Part shown: positions 11,784 through 23,683 of the stretch, piece after piece
How positions within the stretch are numbered: the first letter of the stretch is position 1
Layout of the letters: every line of letters begins with the position of its first letter
Assembly (NCBI GenBank): GCA_963701095.1
Contig: OY969564.1
Coordinates: forward strand, 512,001-576,000
Origin: an uncultured Methanoregulaceae archaeon
GTDB lineage: Archaea > Halobacteriota > Methanomicrobia > Methanomicrobiales > Methanospirillaceae
DNA length: 64,000 bases
Direction: 5' to 3'
Position numbers and translations under genes: made by a program
The notes under the pieces: generated by a model
The model's database searches: none
What the model was told of the DNA's origin: nothing
Seen by the model: the letters and a program-made list of their open reading frames with translations, nothing else

Positions 11784-13433
11784 TTATTTCTGCACTGCGC
11801 CGAGGTTGGCCTGTTCCACAGTCTTTGCGTACCGGGCAAGAACACCAGTCAGTGATCGTTTAATGGGTTTCCATGAATTTTTACGGGATTCAAGTGTCGT
11901 TGAATCTACCAATAGATCGATTGTCTTGGTAAAGAGATCAATGCTAATCTGATCACCGTCATGTACAAAGGCAATTGGGCCTCCAACCGCGGCCTCCGGG
12001 GCAACATGCCCGATACACGGACCCCGGATGCCCCGGAAAAGCGGCCATCAGTAATAAGGACAACTTTGGTGTATCCCACACCCATCAACGCTGATGTTGC
12101 TGAGAGCATCTCTGGCATACCGGGAGCACCCCGCGGCCCCTCATTTCTTATGATCACGACATCTCCTTCGCATATCTGCCGGGAAAGAATAGCTGTCATT
12201 GCTGTTCCCTCTCCATCAAAAACCCGGGCGGGACCTGTATGGGTCCATATGTCTTTTGGTACGGCAGCGGACTTGACAACGGCTCCATCAGGTGCAAGAG
12301 ATCCAAAAAGGATACGAAGCCCTCCGGCGGGGCTTACTGGCGACTGCAGAGTCCGGATAACATCCTCATCGTAAATAACGGCTTTCTGTGCGATCTGATG
12401 AGTGGTTGCCCCGGACACAGTAGGACAATTGTCAATATGTTTTTCGAGTCTCTTAAGAACTGCCGGTATCCCCCGCCCGGAACAAGGCCTGCATTGAATG
12501 AGGTCCTGCGGGAAGCATATAACAGATATGGGGAATCTCATCGGCGATACGATTGAAATCTTCCAGCGACAATGGCACATCAGCTTCTGTTGCAATTGCC
12601 ATGAGATGGAGAACAGTGTTGGTTGAGCCGCCAAGTGCCATATCCATGCGGATAGCATTTTCAAGGCTTTTTTTCGTTACAATATCACGTGGCTTGATGT
12701 TCTTTTGTACCAGAGGAATAATTGCCTCTCCACTTTCCCGGGCTATTCGCAGTTTCGCTGCATCCACCGCAGGTATGGCAGCACAACCCGCAAGAGACAT
12801 GCCCATAGTTTCGGTCATGCAGGCCATAGTGTTAGCGGTATAAAGGCCCTGACAGCTGCCGCATCCCGGCATGGCGCAACACTCAAGCTCTTTTAAAGCC
12901 GCCTCGTTCATGGTTCCTGCTGCTACTTTCCCAACTCCCTCAAACACATCTATAAGGGAAAGATCTTTTCCTGCCATATGTCCAGGAAGCATCGCCCCTC
13001 CGGTTACTACAATTGTGGGAATATTTATCCGGACTGCTGCCATGAGCATACCAGGAACGATCTTATCACAGGTTCCAACACATACAAGACCATCGAAACG
13101 GTGAGCTTGTGCCATAAGTTCGATGGAATCGGCAATATTTTCCCGTGAAGGAAGAGAATATTTCATACCTTCGTGTCCCATGGCGATACCATCACAGATG
13201 CCTATTACACCAAACTCAAACGGAACACCCCCGGCCGCAGCTATTCCTTCGCTGACCTTGTCCGCAAGCTGACGAAGATGAATATGGCCTGGCACTATAG
13301 TATTATAAGCATTGGCAATTCCGATAAACGGGCATTCCATCTCACGATCGGTGACACCAAGCGATCGCAGAAGCGAACGGTTTGGGGCCCGTTCGTACCC
13401 TTTCCTTACCTTGTCGCTTCGCATATCCGTCAT
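11784..13433 (-). CDS. ilvD: dihydroxy-acid dehydratase, two frameshifts (~12472, ~12025)
   Basis: [51 protein letters not shown]; third frame gives [12 protein letters not shown]...GAVQK* ending at 11784. Confidence 0.93.
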
Positions 13434-13617
13434 TACCTGATGATTAAGCCGCTTAAATCATGAATCTGTTGTCGCATTATCACCGCATTTAATAATGTTT
13501 CGTGTTTCCCGACGAGGGATAAAAAAACTAACAGCCAATGGCTGTCCCAGCTCACAAAAAATGTCAGGAACTACTTTTTCAATTCTAAAAAGTGATAAAA
13601 CCTTACCAAACGAAAAA

Positions 13618-14910
13618 TTACCGTTTCTTCCGCATCTGAATTCCGGCATAGATAATACCGATAATAACAGCAACAAGAATGGAGATATAGATTGGACTCG
13701 ATACAATCGCATTAACCCCGGTAAGGTTCGCAACATCAATAGTGACTTTCATGGGATCTGAAACATAGGTATCATCGATAGCATCGTTGTAACGGATCTC
13801 CGAATCAAGCCCGTATTCCTTAATCGTCGCATCACTTGCGACACTTATCTGGTATGAAGCCACCGCAGTCTGCCCGGGTGCCAGATCCCCTAAATAGGCA
13901 ATATCTGAAGAACTAGTGAACGGGTCAACTACACTGATACGTGCCTCAGCACTTTTGATTGTTGAATCCCCGGTATTCTGATATTCTATCTGAATTGTAT
14001 TCCGGCTCCCTGGGCTCATCTGAATAGGAGGGGACAGAATTGCAAAGTCTACTTTATTACCTACATCAAGGCCGACCGTCTGAGGTTGAGATGTAATAAA
14101 ATCGCCCTCATCGTTCTGGTAGACTACGACCACATCTAAGGGATAGGTCTTGTTGATAGCATCATCTGCCACCGAGACTTTGTACTGACAGAATACCGTT
14201 CCACCGGCAGGGAAGTCCCCGACATACACACTACTGTCCACGGGACTTATCGGACTCGAGTTATCCTGAATAATTTGTACCGTCGCTTTGGAACCGTCAA
14301 GGGATCCGACATTTTTAATGGTCAGGTTTACGTATCCTTGCGCACCCGCAACCAATTGATTTGATGTCGCTGATATTACTTCCGGGATCACCTCTGACTT
14401 GATGGTCAGCGGAACATATATTGTGATGTTGTAGGGCAGGTAGTAATACTGCAGGGTGTCAAGGCCATACTGATCAACATGGGAAAACTGTGTGTAACTG
14501 ATATTGAGTGGAATTTGATATGTACCACCAGCAGCATCCGCATTTACTTTTGCAGAAAACGTTGCCGTTGCCTGATCCTGACTGCCAATATCACCAATCA
14601 TCTGAGGATCGGTTTTTATAACCAGAGGAGCGTCGCCTGGCTCCATTGCAACGGAGACAAATTTCGCTGTGGTCGGTACATCTGAAAGATTGAGAATGTT
14701 AGGAGCAACCTCATAATTCGTGCTTATACCGGTATTTTCTATAACAACGGGTATCTGTATGTCACTGCCAGCCGTGTATTGGTCGATACCTGCTATATAC
14801 GCCGTCAGGTTGGGGCTGCCATCGAAGTATTTTGTACCGGCCATAACCGGTGCAACCAAGCATGTGCAGAGTATTATAAGGATAATTAAAGGTGCCTTTA
14901 TCGATGCCAT
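13618..14910 (-). CDS. COG1361-like S-layer/surface domain protein
   Basis: Signal peptide, three Ig-like repeats (IGDI, VGDFPAG, LGDLAPG), C-terminal TM plus RKKR. Confidence 0.75.
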   Translation of the reverse strand: MASIKAPLIILIILCTCLVAPVMAGTKYFDGSPNLTAYIAGIDQYTAGSDIQIPVVIENTGISTNYEVAPNILNLSDVPTTAKFVSVAMEPGDAPLVIKTDPQMIGDIGSQDQATATFSAKVNADAAGGTYQIPLNISYTQFSHVDQYGLDTLQYYYLPYNITIYVPLTIKSEVIPEVISATSNQLVAGAQGYVNLTIKNVGSLDGSKATVQIIQDNSSPISPVDSSVYVGDFPAGGTVFCQYKVSVADDAINKTYPLDVVVVYQNDEGDFITSQPQTVGLDVGNKVDFAILSPPIQMSPGSRNTIQIEYQNTGDSTIKSAEARISVVDPFTSSSDIAYLGDLAPGQTAVASYQISVASDATIKEYGLDSEIRYNDAIDDTYVSDPMKVTIDVANLTGVNAIVSSPIYISILVAVIIGIIYAGIQMRKKR

Positions 14911-15204
14911 CGGAGAGTCTCCAGTTCATTAACAAAAATATAACTCATTATTGTGTGTTGTTTGGTTATGTATTTTCTTTGGGCCTCAGATGAAACCATT
15001 GGAATGATTTTCCGAAAAACCATAATAATCCGTTTAGATAGCCCCCTTTTGAAGAGAAGAGAAAAAATTCCTTTATTTCAAAGTAGATTTGAAAACGGTT
15101 TGCACTGTTTTGACCTTTTCAATGGAATTATCAAATCCCCCCCAAAAGGATCGCGAACTTCATCATGCATACATACATAATAATAAAAAGCGTACTTATC
15201 AATA

Positions 15205-16011
15205 ATGACAAAACGATTGTGTTATGCGGCATTTGCGACCGTCATCATTCTTACGCTTCTTGTGACCGGTTGCGTAACTCCTCCAAAATCTACAACATCA
15301 ACTTCGGCTCCCGGGGGTTATTATACTACAGCAACTACCCCCCAAGGAGCTCCGACAACTCAGTCTTATGTATCGGCGGCAACTCCTTTCGTGACCAGCA
15401 CACCGGTAGACCAAACTAATGGACAACCTTCTGCTATCTTTACGACTCCTACACCTATACCAGCCGATCAGTCCTGTCTTATCTATCTCAACACAACGTA
15501 TAGTTCTGGTATCAACACGAATGCAATCTCATTTAACCTGAAAAATCCCCCGATGTATATCAACTATACGGTTACACCGTTTAATATTACAGTCACAAAA
15601 TATATGGCTGAGAGCCATCAGGGGGCAAATGGTCCTGAAACTCTCCAATACTCGGATTTTGCCCCCTATTCATGGTTTGAAATCACTGTCCGGGACAATG
15701 CAACGGGTGAGATCTATCTTGACGACGGGTTTGGACCCTACAAGAATCCCAATCCTTTAAGTGTCTATAAAACAGCGACCTTAGGCCCTATTCTCAATTC
15801 TGGGGATCTTCATATTGAGATGACCGGGCAAAACATCACGGAAACAACAGGAATCTGGGTCAAACCCGTAGGTAATATTGATGACCCGCAAAATCAGACA
15901 TTCCAGGAATGTAAATATTGGAATGGCCAGCAACAGAATTATCTGGTAACAGCAACCCCCACGACACTTCCGACATGGACCCCAGTGAATGTGCAGACAC
16001 CCAATGATTAA
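15205..16011 (+). CDS. putative lipoprotein, Thr/Pro-rich
   Basis: Lipobox-like LVTGC after a hydrophobic stretch; T/P-rich linker. Confidence 0.7.
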   Translation: MTKRLCYAAFATVIILTLLVTGCVTPPKSTTSTSAPGGYYTTATTPQGAPTTQSYVSAATPFVTSTPVDQTNGQPSAIFTTPTPIPADQSCLIYLNTTYSSGINTNAISFNLKNPPMYINYTVTPFNITVTKYMAESHQGANGPETLQYSDFAPYSWFEITVRDNATGEIYLDDGFGPYKNPNPLSVYKTATLGPILNSGDLHIEMTGQNITETTGIWVKPVGNIDDPQNQTFQECKYWNGQQQNYLVTATPTTLPTWTPVNVQTPND

Positions 16012-16123
16012 AATATAAATTTTTAAATTTTTTTTACCCGAATTAAATCTATTTCTCTCATAAAACGGTGAAATATTTAAGCGATGAAAACGATGTAAGT
16101 AAGGAAGTCAGCCAAAAACATAG

Positions 16124-16195
16124 GTCCCGGTGGGGTAGTGGACATCCTAGAAGATTGCGGATCTTTTGACCCGGGTTCAAGTCCCGGCCGGGGCG
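16124..16195 (+). tRNA. tRNA-Arg(GCG)
   Basis: Acceptor GTCCCGG/CCGGGGC, anticodon arm GAAGA-TTGCGGA-TCTTT, T arm CCGGG-TTCAAGT-CCCGG; no intron and no encoded CCA. Confidence 0.95.
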
Positions 16196-16526
16196 TACTA
16201 TTTTGAGGTTTGAGGCCCGAAAGGGTCTGCTAACTGTTTGAATATGCATGAAAACACACTCAGCATAAGCCAGATGGAAAAACGTGCACCGACAATCAGG
16301 ATCGTCTTTTTCATATTCTGATATCTAGCGCCACCGATGATCTAATCAAGAATTCCTTTAAGAGGCAGTTGAGTTCTGAATAGAGAGCAAGGTTAATTCT
16401 TGAATTTGCAAACGAGCTTCAGGCCTCGAATGTAATCGGTAAAAATCGTTTTTCAAGATAGTTTCTGTTTCTAGTTAACCGGCGATATCTGCTCGACAAA
16501 TAAAACAAAAGCAAAATTGAAGATGT

Positions 16527-17429
16527 TTATCGGGACCCTTTTTTCATGCTCCCAAAGAACAGAAGAACTATAGCAAATCCGATTATTGTTATTAAAGACG
16601 TAAATCCTGAAATTGATGGCGGATCACTTTCTGCATAAATGGAGGTATTGAAGAGACTGGTGCCGCCAAAATGCCATTCCGCCTTATTGGCATTTACGGT
16701 TGTCGCCGTGGTATTGACAATTTTTCCCGGCATTTCGAGGTAATAATCCACCGTGATTCCGGAAAGCATCGATTGCATCATTTCCTGTTCTTCTGCCGCA
16801 TTGAACAACGGAGCGATTGGCGTTGGAGTTATTTCAACTTGTTCGTAATGGTTGCGTGTCGTATCCCACACCCACTTCGTCGGTAACGGGGTAGGGGTTA
16901 CCATAATCTCTTCATAACTCCGGGACGATGCATTCCACACAATCACCGATGTAGGAGCAGGCGTTGGTACCGGCATCACTAAAGTAGGTGCGGATCCAAT
17001 CGTTGCATATGCCTGCATTGCCTCTGGGGAATAGAAGGAGTTATCCTGGTAAACAATCATATCGCCATCTTTATGGATGCTTATTTTGGAATCTGGGGGA
17101 GGGGAATAGGTATCTGTTCTTGAGATCGAGATTGTAACCTTGTTGTTTGGGGTATCCCATATTTCGTTGTAGGCTACATTCTCTGAGCCAAGAGATTTTG
17201 AGAGGTTTGCTTCGATTGCATCTTTTACCGAATCGTATCCTTCGTGTTTTGCACCCAATTCAAGGAGATTATATGTTGAACAATCCATGGTCATATCATA
17301 TTCGGCATTGGAAATCTGTGCGTCCTTGTTAATGGCGAATTTATCAGTGATTGCGAGGTTCAGACACCCGGCCGTAAGGACAAAAAAGATGATGCTGCAT
17401 GTTATAATAATAATTCCTATTCTTTTCAT
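16527..17429 (-). CDS. exported lipoprotein-like protein (LppM-like) with PGF-CTERM-like tail
   Basis: LTAGC lipobox, YYLEMPGKIVNTTA..AEW, tail SISGF-TM-KK. Confidence 0.65.
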   Translation of the reverse strand: MKRIGIIIITCSIIFFVLTAGCLNLAITDKFAINKDAQISNAEYDMTMDCSTYNLLELGAKHEGYDSVKDAIEANLSKSLGSENVAYNEIWDTPNNKVTISISRTDTYSPPPDSKISIHKDGDMIVYQDNSFYSPEAMQAYATIGSAPTLVMPVPTPAPTSVIVWNASSRSYEEIMVTPTPLPTKWVWDTTRNHYEQVEITPTPIAPLFNAAEEQEMMQSMLSGITVDYYLEMPGKIVNTTATTVNANKAEWHFGGTSLFNTSIYAESDPPSISGFTSLITIIGFAIVLLFFGSMKKGSR

Positions 17430-17575
17430 AAAAAAAAGAATTTATTTGATTCAAAATAAATCTTACTAAATGAAATTTAGTGAGATGGTTCTGTTAACTT
17501 ATTATGGGATGGTTAACTTTCTCTAATCTGAAAAATATACGATATCTTAATGTATTAGTTGAGTTTGCAATGGGA

Positions 17576-18448
17576 TTATCGTTTGTATCCAAGAATGAAC
17601 TCATGAGCTACCTGAAAATCATGCAGGCGCATATCGATAAAAATCCGGCCTTTCTCAGTCGGGACATATACTTTCGACCGTCCACGGGTTTCCATGGTAA
17701 CAAGACCAATACTTTCGAGATTGTAAAGATAGGAATAAACCCGCGCAAGAGGAATATCCACGTGGAATCGGTCCGATATATCTTTGAGAATATCAAAGCC
17801 TGAGACCGGCTGTTTCAGGTTCATGAGAATCAGCTGTTCGAGTGAGTGTTTGACAACGGTATCGACAATATCCTGCGAAATGATCCCGGCAACACTTGAT
17901 TTCCGGGAAACGGCGGGAAATGCAATCACATTCGTGGTATTCGAGATAAAAATAAATGATGGAATGATCGCGGATATTACCTGTACATATTCATCACTCA
18001 GGAAATGCAAGTCAAATGCAAGGATACCCGAAATTGACACCGGTGAGTCTCTGATGTTCTTTATTTCTCGAAGAAGTGCAAGAACAGGTTCGAGATCACA
18101 GCGGCGGGAAAAATCAAATACAACAAGGATTTTTCGTTGATTTCCGGTTTCCTTTTGGCGGAGCTCGTTAAGGAGAGTCGTAAGACCATCTATACCATTA
18201 CGAAGTTCGTACGCAATGATTTTTTTCTCAAGAATCTCTTTTTTAAAAGTCGAGGTGAGAGTGGTTGAATAATACGCATATACAACTATCTGATTCTTTT
18301 CTTCAAGTCCGTGGGAAATGAAATGATGGAAAAAAGGAAATCGTTTGACACCATGATCATAGGCAAGAAAGGAAATATCACGCAGTGAACCCGCAAGAAA
18401 AACCGTTTTTGGTGATGAGAGGCGGGGTTTGGCCGATGAAAGATTCAT
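17576..18448 (-). CDS. sensor-like N-terminal domain (MEDS/KaiC-like) fused to PadR-type winged HTH
   Basis: FISHGLEEKNQIVVY near the N-terminus; C-terminal SGFDILKDI...RVYSYLYNLESIGLV...KVYVPTEKG. Confidence 0.7.
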   Translation of the reverse strand: MNLSSAKPRLSSPKTVFLAGSLRDISFLAYDHGVKRFPFFHHFISHGLEEKNQIVVYAYYSTTLTSTFKKEILEKKIIAYELRNGIDGLTTLLNELRQKETGNQRKILVVFDFSRRCDLEPVLALLREIKNIRDSPVSISGILAFDLHFLSDEYVQVISAIIPSFIFISNTTNVIAFPAVSRKSSVAGIISQDIVDTVVKHSLEQLILMNLKQPVSGFDILKDISDRFHVDIPLARVYSYLYNLESIGLVTMETRGRSKVYVPTEKGRIFIDMRLHDFQVAHEFILGYKR

Positions 18449-18859
18449 TATGGTTTCCTGCTGTCATTTAATAAGAGTTCTAGATATATCTTCCGGCGTT
18501 TATTGTTTCCGATAATCTCTCCGTTTCAAGGGCTAATCCTTACCGGTGCATTTTGCTATTTCTTTTAACGCCATCTGTCAAGTAATTGGTTTGCAATATG
18601 TCCTAATAAAAATACGTGCATACTTCTGGAAGGATTACAATAATAATCGGTTGCCATTATTCCAGAATATATAATCTATTTCTTATGCTTTAGTCGTTGC
18701 TAACCTATTACAATAAATATAATCGATTTCATATTTCAGGATAAAGCACTATAGCAGGATCCCAAAATTTCATATGTCCATGCAAGAGAACCACGGAAAT
18801 AAACGGGGAACAAGATATCATTCCGTGAAGGTATACTATTAAACGAATAATCAGATCTT

Positions 18860-19609
18860 ATGGCTAAACTCCGAATTCTTGTGGTAGAAGACGATGCAAT
18901 CATAGCGATGGAGATTTCAGAACGGTTGAAGCGCATGGATTATGATGTTACTGGCATAGTTTCCACCGGCGAGGAAGCGATTAGCCTTGCAATAGAAAAA
19001 CCTCCGGATCTCATCCTCATGGATATTCATTTGCGAGGAGAAATGGATGGGACGGAAGCGGCTCGTCAGATTACATCGCACGTAGAAGTTCCCGTGATCT
19101 ATCTGACTGCCTATTCTGACCAAGAGACACGGGAACGGGCACACCAGATTTTCTCTTATGGTTATATCATCAAACCGTTCAATGATCAGCAATTACTCTG
19201 CGCAATAGATATGGCATTTTCCAACCATGCTCTTCACCGGAAAGTAAAAGAAAGTGAAGAGAAGTTCCACACTTTGTTTGAGCATATAAGCGATGCTTGT
19301 TTCCTGTACGAGATTTCATCGGATGGCAGCCCCGGCCGTATTGTAGAGGTGAATGATGCTGCCATCTCGCTCCTTGACCTTGAACGCATTGAACTGGAAG
19401 GGACAGAATATGCACAGCTAAACGACGTCTGCTGCAAGCGAGATTTCCCGGATTATATGAAACGACTTGTGAGAGACGGGGATGTCAGGTATGAGATGAT
19501 CCTTGTAGGAAAAACTGGCCGGCGGCCGTATGTAGAGATCAATGCCCATTTCTTTAATTTTCATAATCGTGGCTTGGTAATTTCCCTTGCACGGGAAATA
19601 AAATCCTAG
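18860..19609 (+). CDS. response regulator, REC-PAS
   Basis: ILVVEDD, DLILMD, YLTAY, KPF; then PAS (LFEHISDA...EVNDAA). Confidence 0.9.
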   Translation: MAKLRILVVEDDAIIAMEISERLKRMDYDVTGIVSTGEEAISLAIEKPPDLILMDIHLRGEMDGTEAARQITSHVEVPVIYLTAYSDQETRERAHQIFSYGYIIKPFNDQQLLCAIDMAFSNHALHRKVKESEEKFHTLFEHISDACFLYEISSDGSPGRIVEVNDAAISLLDLERIELEGTEYAQLNDVCCKRDFPDYMKRLVRDGDVRYEMILVGKTGRRPYVEINAHFFNFHNRGLVISLAREIKS

Positions 19610-19732
19610 AATCAGAGATCTTTTTTTAAACAAAATGAAGAAACACTCCAGATTATCCGGAACGTTTTCTCATTCCGGATAACTAAAAATAAGGCCCTCT
19701 CCGTCGTGTCCTGGTGTAGGTAGTTTCATTAT

Positions 19733-21004
19733 TTGAAACATTGGGTCTGTTTATATATTTCCTACCGGTTTATTGTTAATTGTGTTACAACAATGACGGC
19801 AAACTCCGTATTTTTTGAATCTCACCCGGGAAACGAAGCTCGGAACGTGAACAATCTCCAAGATGCAGCGACAAGCTGTCCAAGAATTCTCATTGTTGAG
19901 GATGAGGCTATATGCGCTGAGGACCTCCGGGAGATCTTGGAACAGTCTGGCTATACGGTATGCTCCATTTTTTCAACGGGAGAACAAGCGGTAGCAGGCT
20001 TTTCGGCCCTTCAACCGGATCTGGTATTAATGGATATTGGCCTTGGCGAAGGTATAGACGGTATCCAGGCAGCGGCGCAGATCACGTCACGGTCATCGAT
20101 TCCTGTTGTATTCCTTACAGCCTACCATGATACAGACACACTTTCCCGGGCAAAAGAGATTAATCCCTATGGATATCTGGTAAAGCCATTCGTAAAAGAA
20201 ACAGTAGATACAACGCTTCAGATCGCTCTCGCCAAAAACCAGCACGACAATAAGATACGCATTGTATCGGCATGGCTTGATTTAACGTTCAGGAACCTGA
20301 ACAAGGGAATTGTTACGCTTGACCGGGAAGGAAAGATCATCCTGATGAATTCCTGCGCCGAGCTTCTGATGGGAAGAACCCTCGATTCAGTGTACAGGAT
20401 TCCTCTTGACGAGATCCTTCATTTCCATGATGCTATCTTAAACCAGCCGTACGTTCCATTTATGCCTGCGGTTCTTACTGATGGATTGATTGCAACCTTC
20501 CCCACAGATACCAGGCTTATCGTAAAAACCGGTGAGATGTGCCGGATAAAAGACTGCATTCTTTCTCCCATCCAGGAAAAGGACGGATCCATTCAGGGGG
20601 CTATTCTTGTGTTTTCACCTGATTGTGAACCGGATATCACGGGTCTGCCATCCGCTACGGTTAAAAGATTCGTCCCTGAGGAGACAAAAATCCCGGACAG
20701 AACCCACCATATCCTAGACATCAATGACATGATTAAAACAGATCTTACTCTTGAACGGGCAACTCTGTGGATCCTTCTTGGAAAGTTTGAGGATGCAGAA
20801 TCCATCTATGCTTCCCTGCTTTCGCAGGATCCTAGTAACTTCCAGGTCTGGCACAATATGGGAAATGTCCTCATAAAGCTCGGAAGACATCTAGAAGCGT
20901 CCCAGGCCTTTGACAAAGCTCTGGAAATTTGCCCGGATTCTTCGGAAACCCAAAGACGTAAGGCAGATGTTCTGGCCATCCTTTCCATGAAAAAAAGACG
21001 ATAA
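19733..21004 (+). CDS. response regulator, REC-PAS-TPR
   Basis: ILIVEDE, DLVLMD, KPF; PAS (TLDREGKIILMN); C-terminal TPRs (VWHNMGNVL); start probably the later MTANS. Confidence 0.85.
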   Translation: MKHWVCLYISYRFIVNCVTTMTANSVFFESHPGNEARNVNNLQDAATSCPRILIVEDEAICAEDLREILEQSGYTVCSIFSTGEQAVAGFSALQPDLVLMDIGLGEGIDGIQAAAQITSRSSIPVVFLTAYHDTDTLSRAKEINPYGYLVKPFVKETVDTTLQIALAKNQHDNKIRIVSAWLDLTFRNLNKGIVTLDREGKIILMNSCAELLMGRTLDSVYRIPLDEILHFHDAILNQPYVPFMPAVLTDGLIATFPTDTRLIVKTGEMCRIKDCILSPIQEKDGSIQGAILVFSPDCEPDITGLPSATVKRFVPEETKIPDRTHHILDINDMIKTDLTLERATLWILLGKFEDAESIYASLLSQDPSNFQVWHNMGNVLIKLGRHLEASQAFDKALEICPDSSETQRRKADVLAILSMKKRR

Positions 21005-21025
21005 TTTCGCGGGATATGGGTTATT

Positions 21026-23517
21026 ATGGCAAACGGAACAGAATCTAAACGTCTAGTAAACCAGGTTCATACACATATCTTAAGCAATTCTCCCGAATGC
21101 AGGGTACCAGTTCATCCGAAAATCTTTATTGTTGAAGATGAACTGGTTTTTGCTGATGACTTAAAGGAAATCCTTGAAGGACATGGATATTTTGTGTGCG
21201 GTAATGCTGCTAAAGGCGAAGAAGCACTTATTGCGATACCGGAGCAAGCCCCGGATCTTGTCCTCATTGATATTGTCCTTGCTGGTAGAATGAATGGTAT
21301 CGAATTGGCCGAATCTCTTCAGACCTGTATTGATATCCCAATAATCTACATTACAAGTAACAGCGAAGATGAAACCGTTGCAAGCGCAAAATGTACCCGT
21401 CCGTACGGATACATTCCTAAACCTTTCGATGAACACTCCCTTTTTTCAACAATAGAGATTGCCCTGTTTAAACATCAGGCTGACAAACAAATCCGTGAAA
21501 GTGAAATACGTTACCGAACCTTTGTTGAAAACATTCAGGGAATTGCATACCGATATGATGGTAACCATACCCTTGAATTTTTCCATGGAGCAATAGAAAA
21601 GATTTCAGGCTACCCGGCAGCTGAATTCATTGAAGGCAGGCTGGCATGGTACGATATCATACATAAGGATGATCGCAATGTGGCAATCCTTCCCTACAAA
21701 AATGAGGGTTTGCCCGTTTTAGAGAGCAGATCACAGGAATATCGTATTGTTCGAAAAGACGGAGAAATTCGCTGGATTCACGATCAGACCGGGTGGTATA
21801 CCAAGCACCTCCTTTGTTTCCCCTTTATGAGGGTATGATCTATGATATCACCCCCCTCAAAATTCTTGAAACGGATCTTAAGAAAGCCTGTGATATCAGG
21901 ACACTTATCCTGCTCATGAGTGAACATTTTTTCCGGCGTTTTGCAAAGAACAGTATGACGGGGAAAAATACAACGCATCAGCCTGAACTTATATCATCCC
22001 TTTCAGAAATACTCGAAGGCGTCGGATATGAAATGGGGGTGCACATGATATCACTTTATCAGAGGACCACCACCTCAGGTTATTCGCAGATATCTGAGAA
22101 GCTGAGGTGTTTCCACCCCAACCATGTACCTCCTGTTGATATTCGCAGTATCAATAATGTTCCCTTGCCGCAGAACGGATTTGCGAGGTTCAAAGACCAA
22201 CTTCTCAAAGGATTCCCGGTTTTTGGGACAATCGACCAGTTTTCCACCTCAGAACGACAGTTTTTCCCGGACCCTTCAGTCACATCGGTTGTTTTGGTGC
22301 CCATTTTTTGCGAAGACCGGTTCTGGGGTTTTATCCAAGGATTATATTTCAACGAATATCACGACTGGACTGAATATGAGATAAGTTCGATGCAGATCGC
22401 TGCGGATGTTATTACAACCATTATTGAATCTGGCGCACACCGGGATGATTCACCCCGGCTTCCCGGTACTTCGCCCTTACAACGTGAAGACGTATCTCAG
22501 CCCCTGAACACGCTCATGGAAGCTGCAGTTGACATGGTATTTGTCGCAGACTCCGGGGGAAAAATCCTTCATATGAATAGGACAGGTCTCGCATTTTTTA
22601 GGATGGATGGGGAGCACCAAACTGATGTGCCCTCCTATGAGGCATTTACATCGTTTATCAAAGGATGTACCCTTCCATCCTCTGTCTCATCATTGAATCA
22701 ACCCAAAGACCCCACTCTGGAACTTGAACTACCGGCGGGAGAAAAAAGCGTATACCTCGAAATGACCCTTTCACCGGTTTCAAGTAGTCAGGATAATCGC
22801 AGGTTGTTCATGGGTATTGCCCGGGACATCACCCGGCAGAAGAATTTCCAGAAAAAACAACAAATGATCCAGAAAAAACTCCAGCTCATGCAAAAAATCG
22901 TTCGCCATGATCTGATAAATCAGGTAACGGCGGTTATGGGCTACCTGTACCTTTTGAAAAAAGATACGGTCAATCCGGAATTTCTCAAGCTTATTGAAAA
23001 AGAAGAAAGGATCATCGACACAATCAAAAAATCCTTAAGTTTTTCCAAGGTCTATGAACATCTTGGCGATGAATCTTCGGTATGGATCGATATTACTGAC
23101 GTTTTTTCTGCAGCATGGGCAAGTCTTGCACCGGAAACAGTACAGCTGCATCTTTATGCAGTATCTCTCGAAGTTTTTGTCGACCCGCTTTTCAGAAACG
23201 TTATTTTTAATCTGCTGGATAACTCCCTGCGGCATGGGGGGAAAAACCTTTCATCAATACAGGTTTCGCTCCGCTATTCCAGCGATGAAACGCTGATCGT
23301 GTACGAAGACAATGGTGAAGGCGTTCTTGCAGAAAATAAAGAGAAGATCTTCAACCGGGGTTTTTATAACGATAATGGGTTCGGTCTTTTATTGAGTCGG
23401 GAAATATTGTCTCTGACAGGACTGTCAATCCACGAAACAGGAATTCCGGGAAAGGGGGCTCGCTTTGAGATACGAGTACCGGCAGGGATGTGGCGTTTAC
23501 CTGAAAAGAAAAAATAA
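21026..23517 (+). CDS. hybrid histidine kinase REC-PAS-GAF-PAS-HisKA-HATPase, one frameshift at ~21790
   Basis: REC and PAS in 21026-21838 join GAF (LVPIF..RFWGFI), PAS, RHDLINQ H-box, NLLDNSLRHG, EDNGEG, GFGL in 21793-23517; a missing C in ACCGG restores the frame. Confidence 0.88.
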
Positions 23518-23683
23518 TGGGATTGATGGTCGGGATCATGATACAGGCTATGCCCCCGGGATTTTGCGTGGTAATTCCCATAATCCCCAGAATATCTGCG
23601 CCATATCAAGAACCCGAAAGATTTCGAAAACTCAAAAATGCCTGGAAAGAACCTTACCTTCCCCCTAGCTCAGGTGGATACCA

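Noticed and set aside
9340..13433. purH and ilvD as true pseudogenes or programmed frameshifts
   Set aside because: No in-frame stops or decay, no consistent slippery heptamer, and the same indel pattern recurs across unrelated genes; sequencing error is more parsimonious
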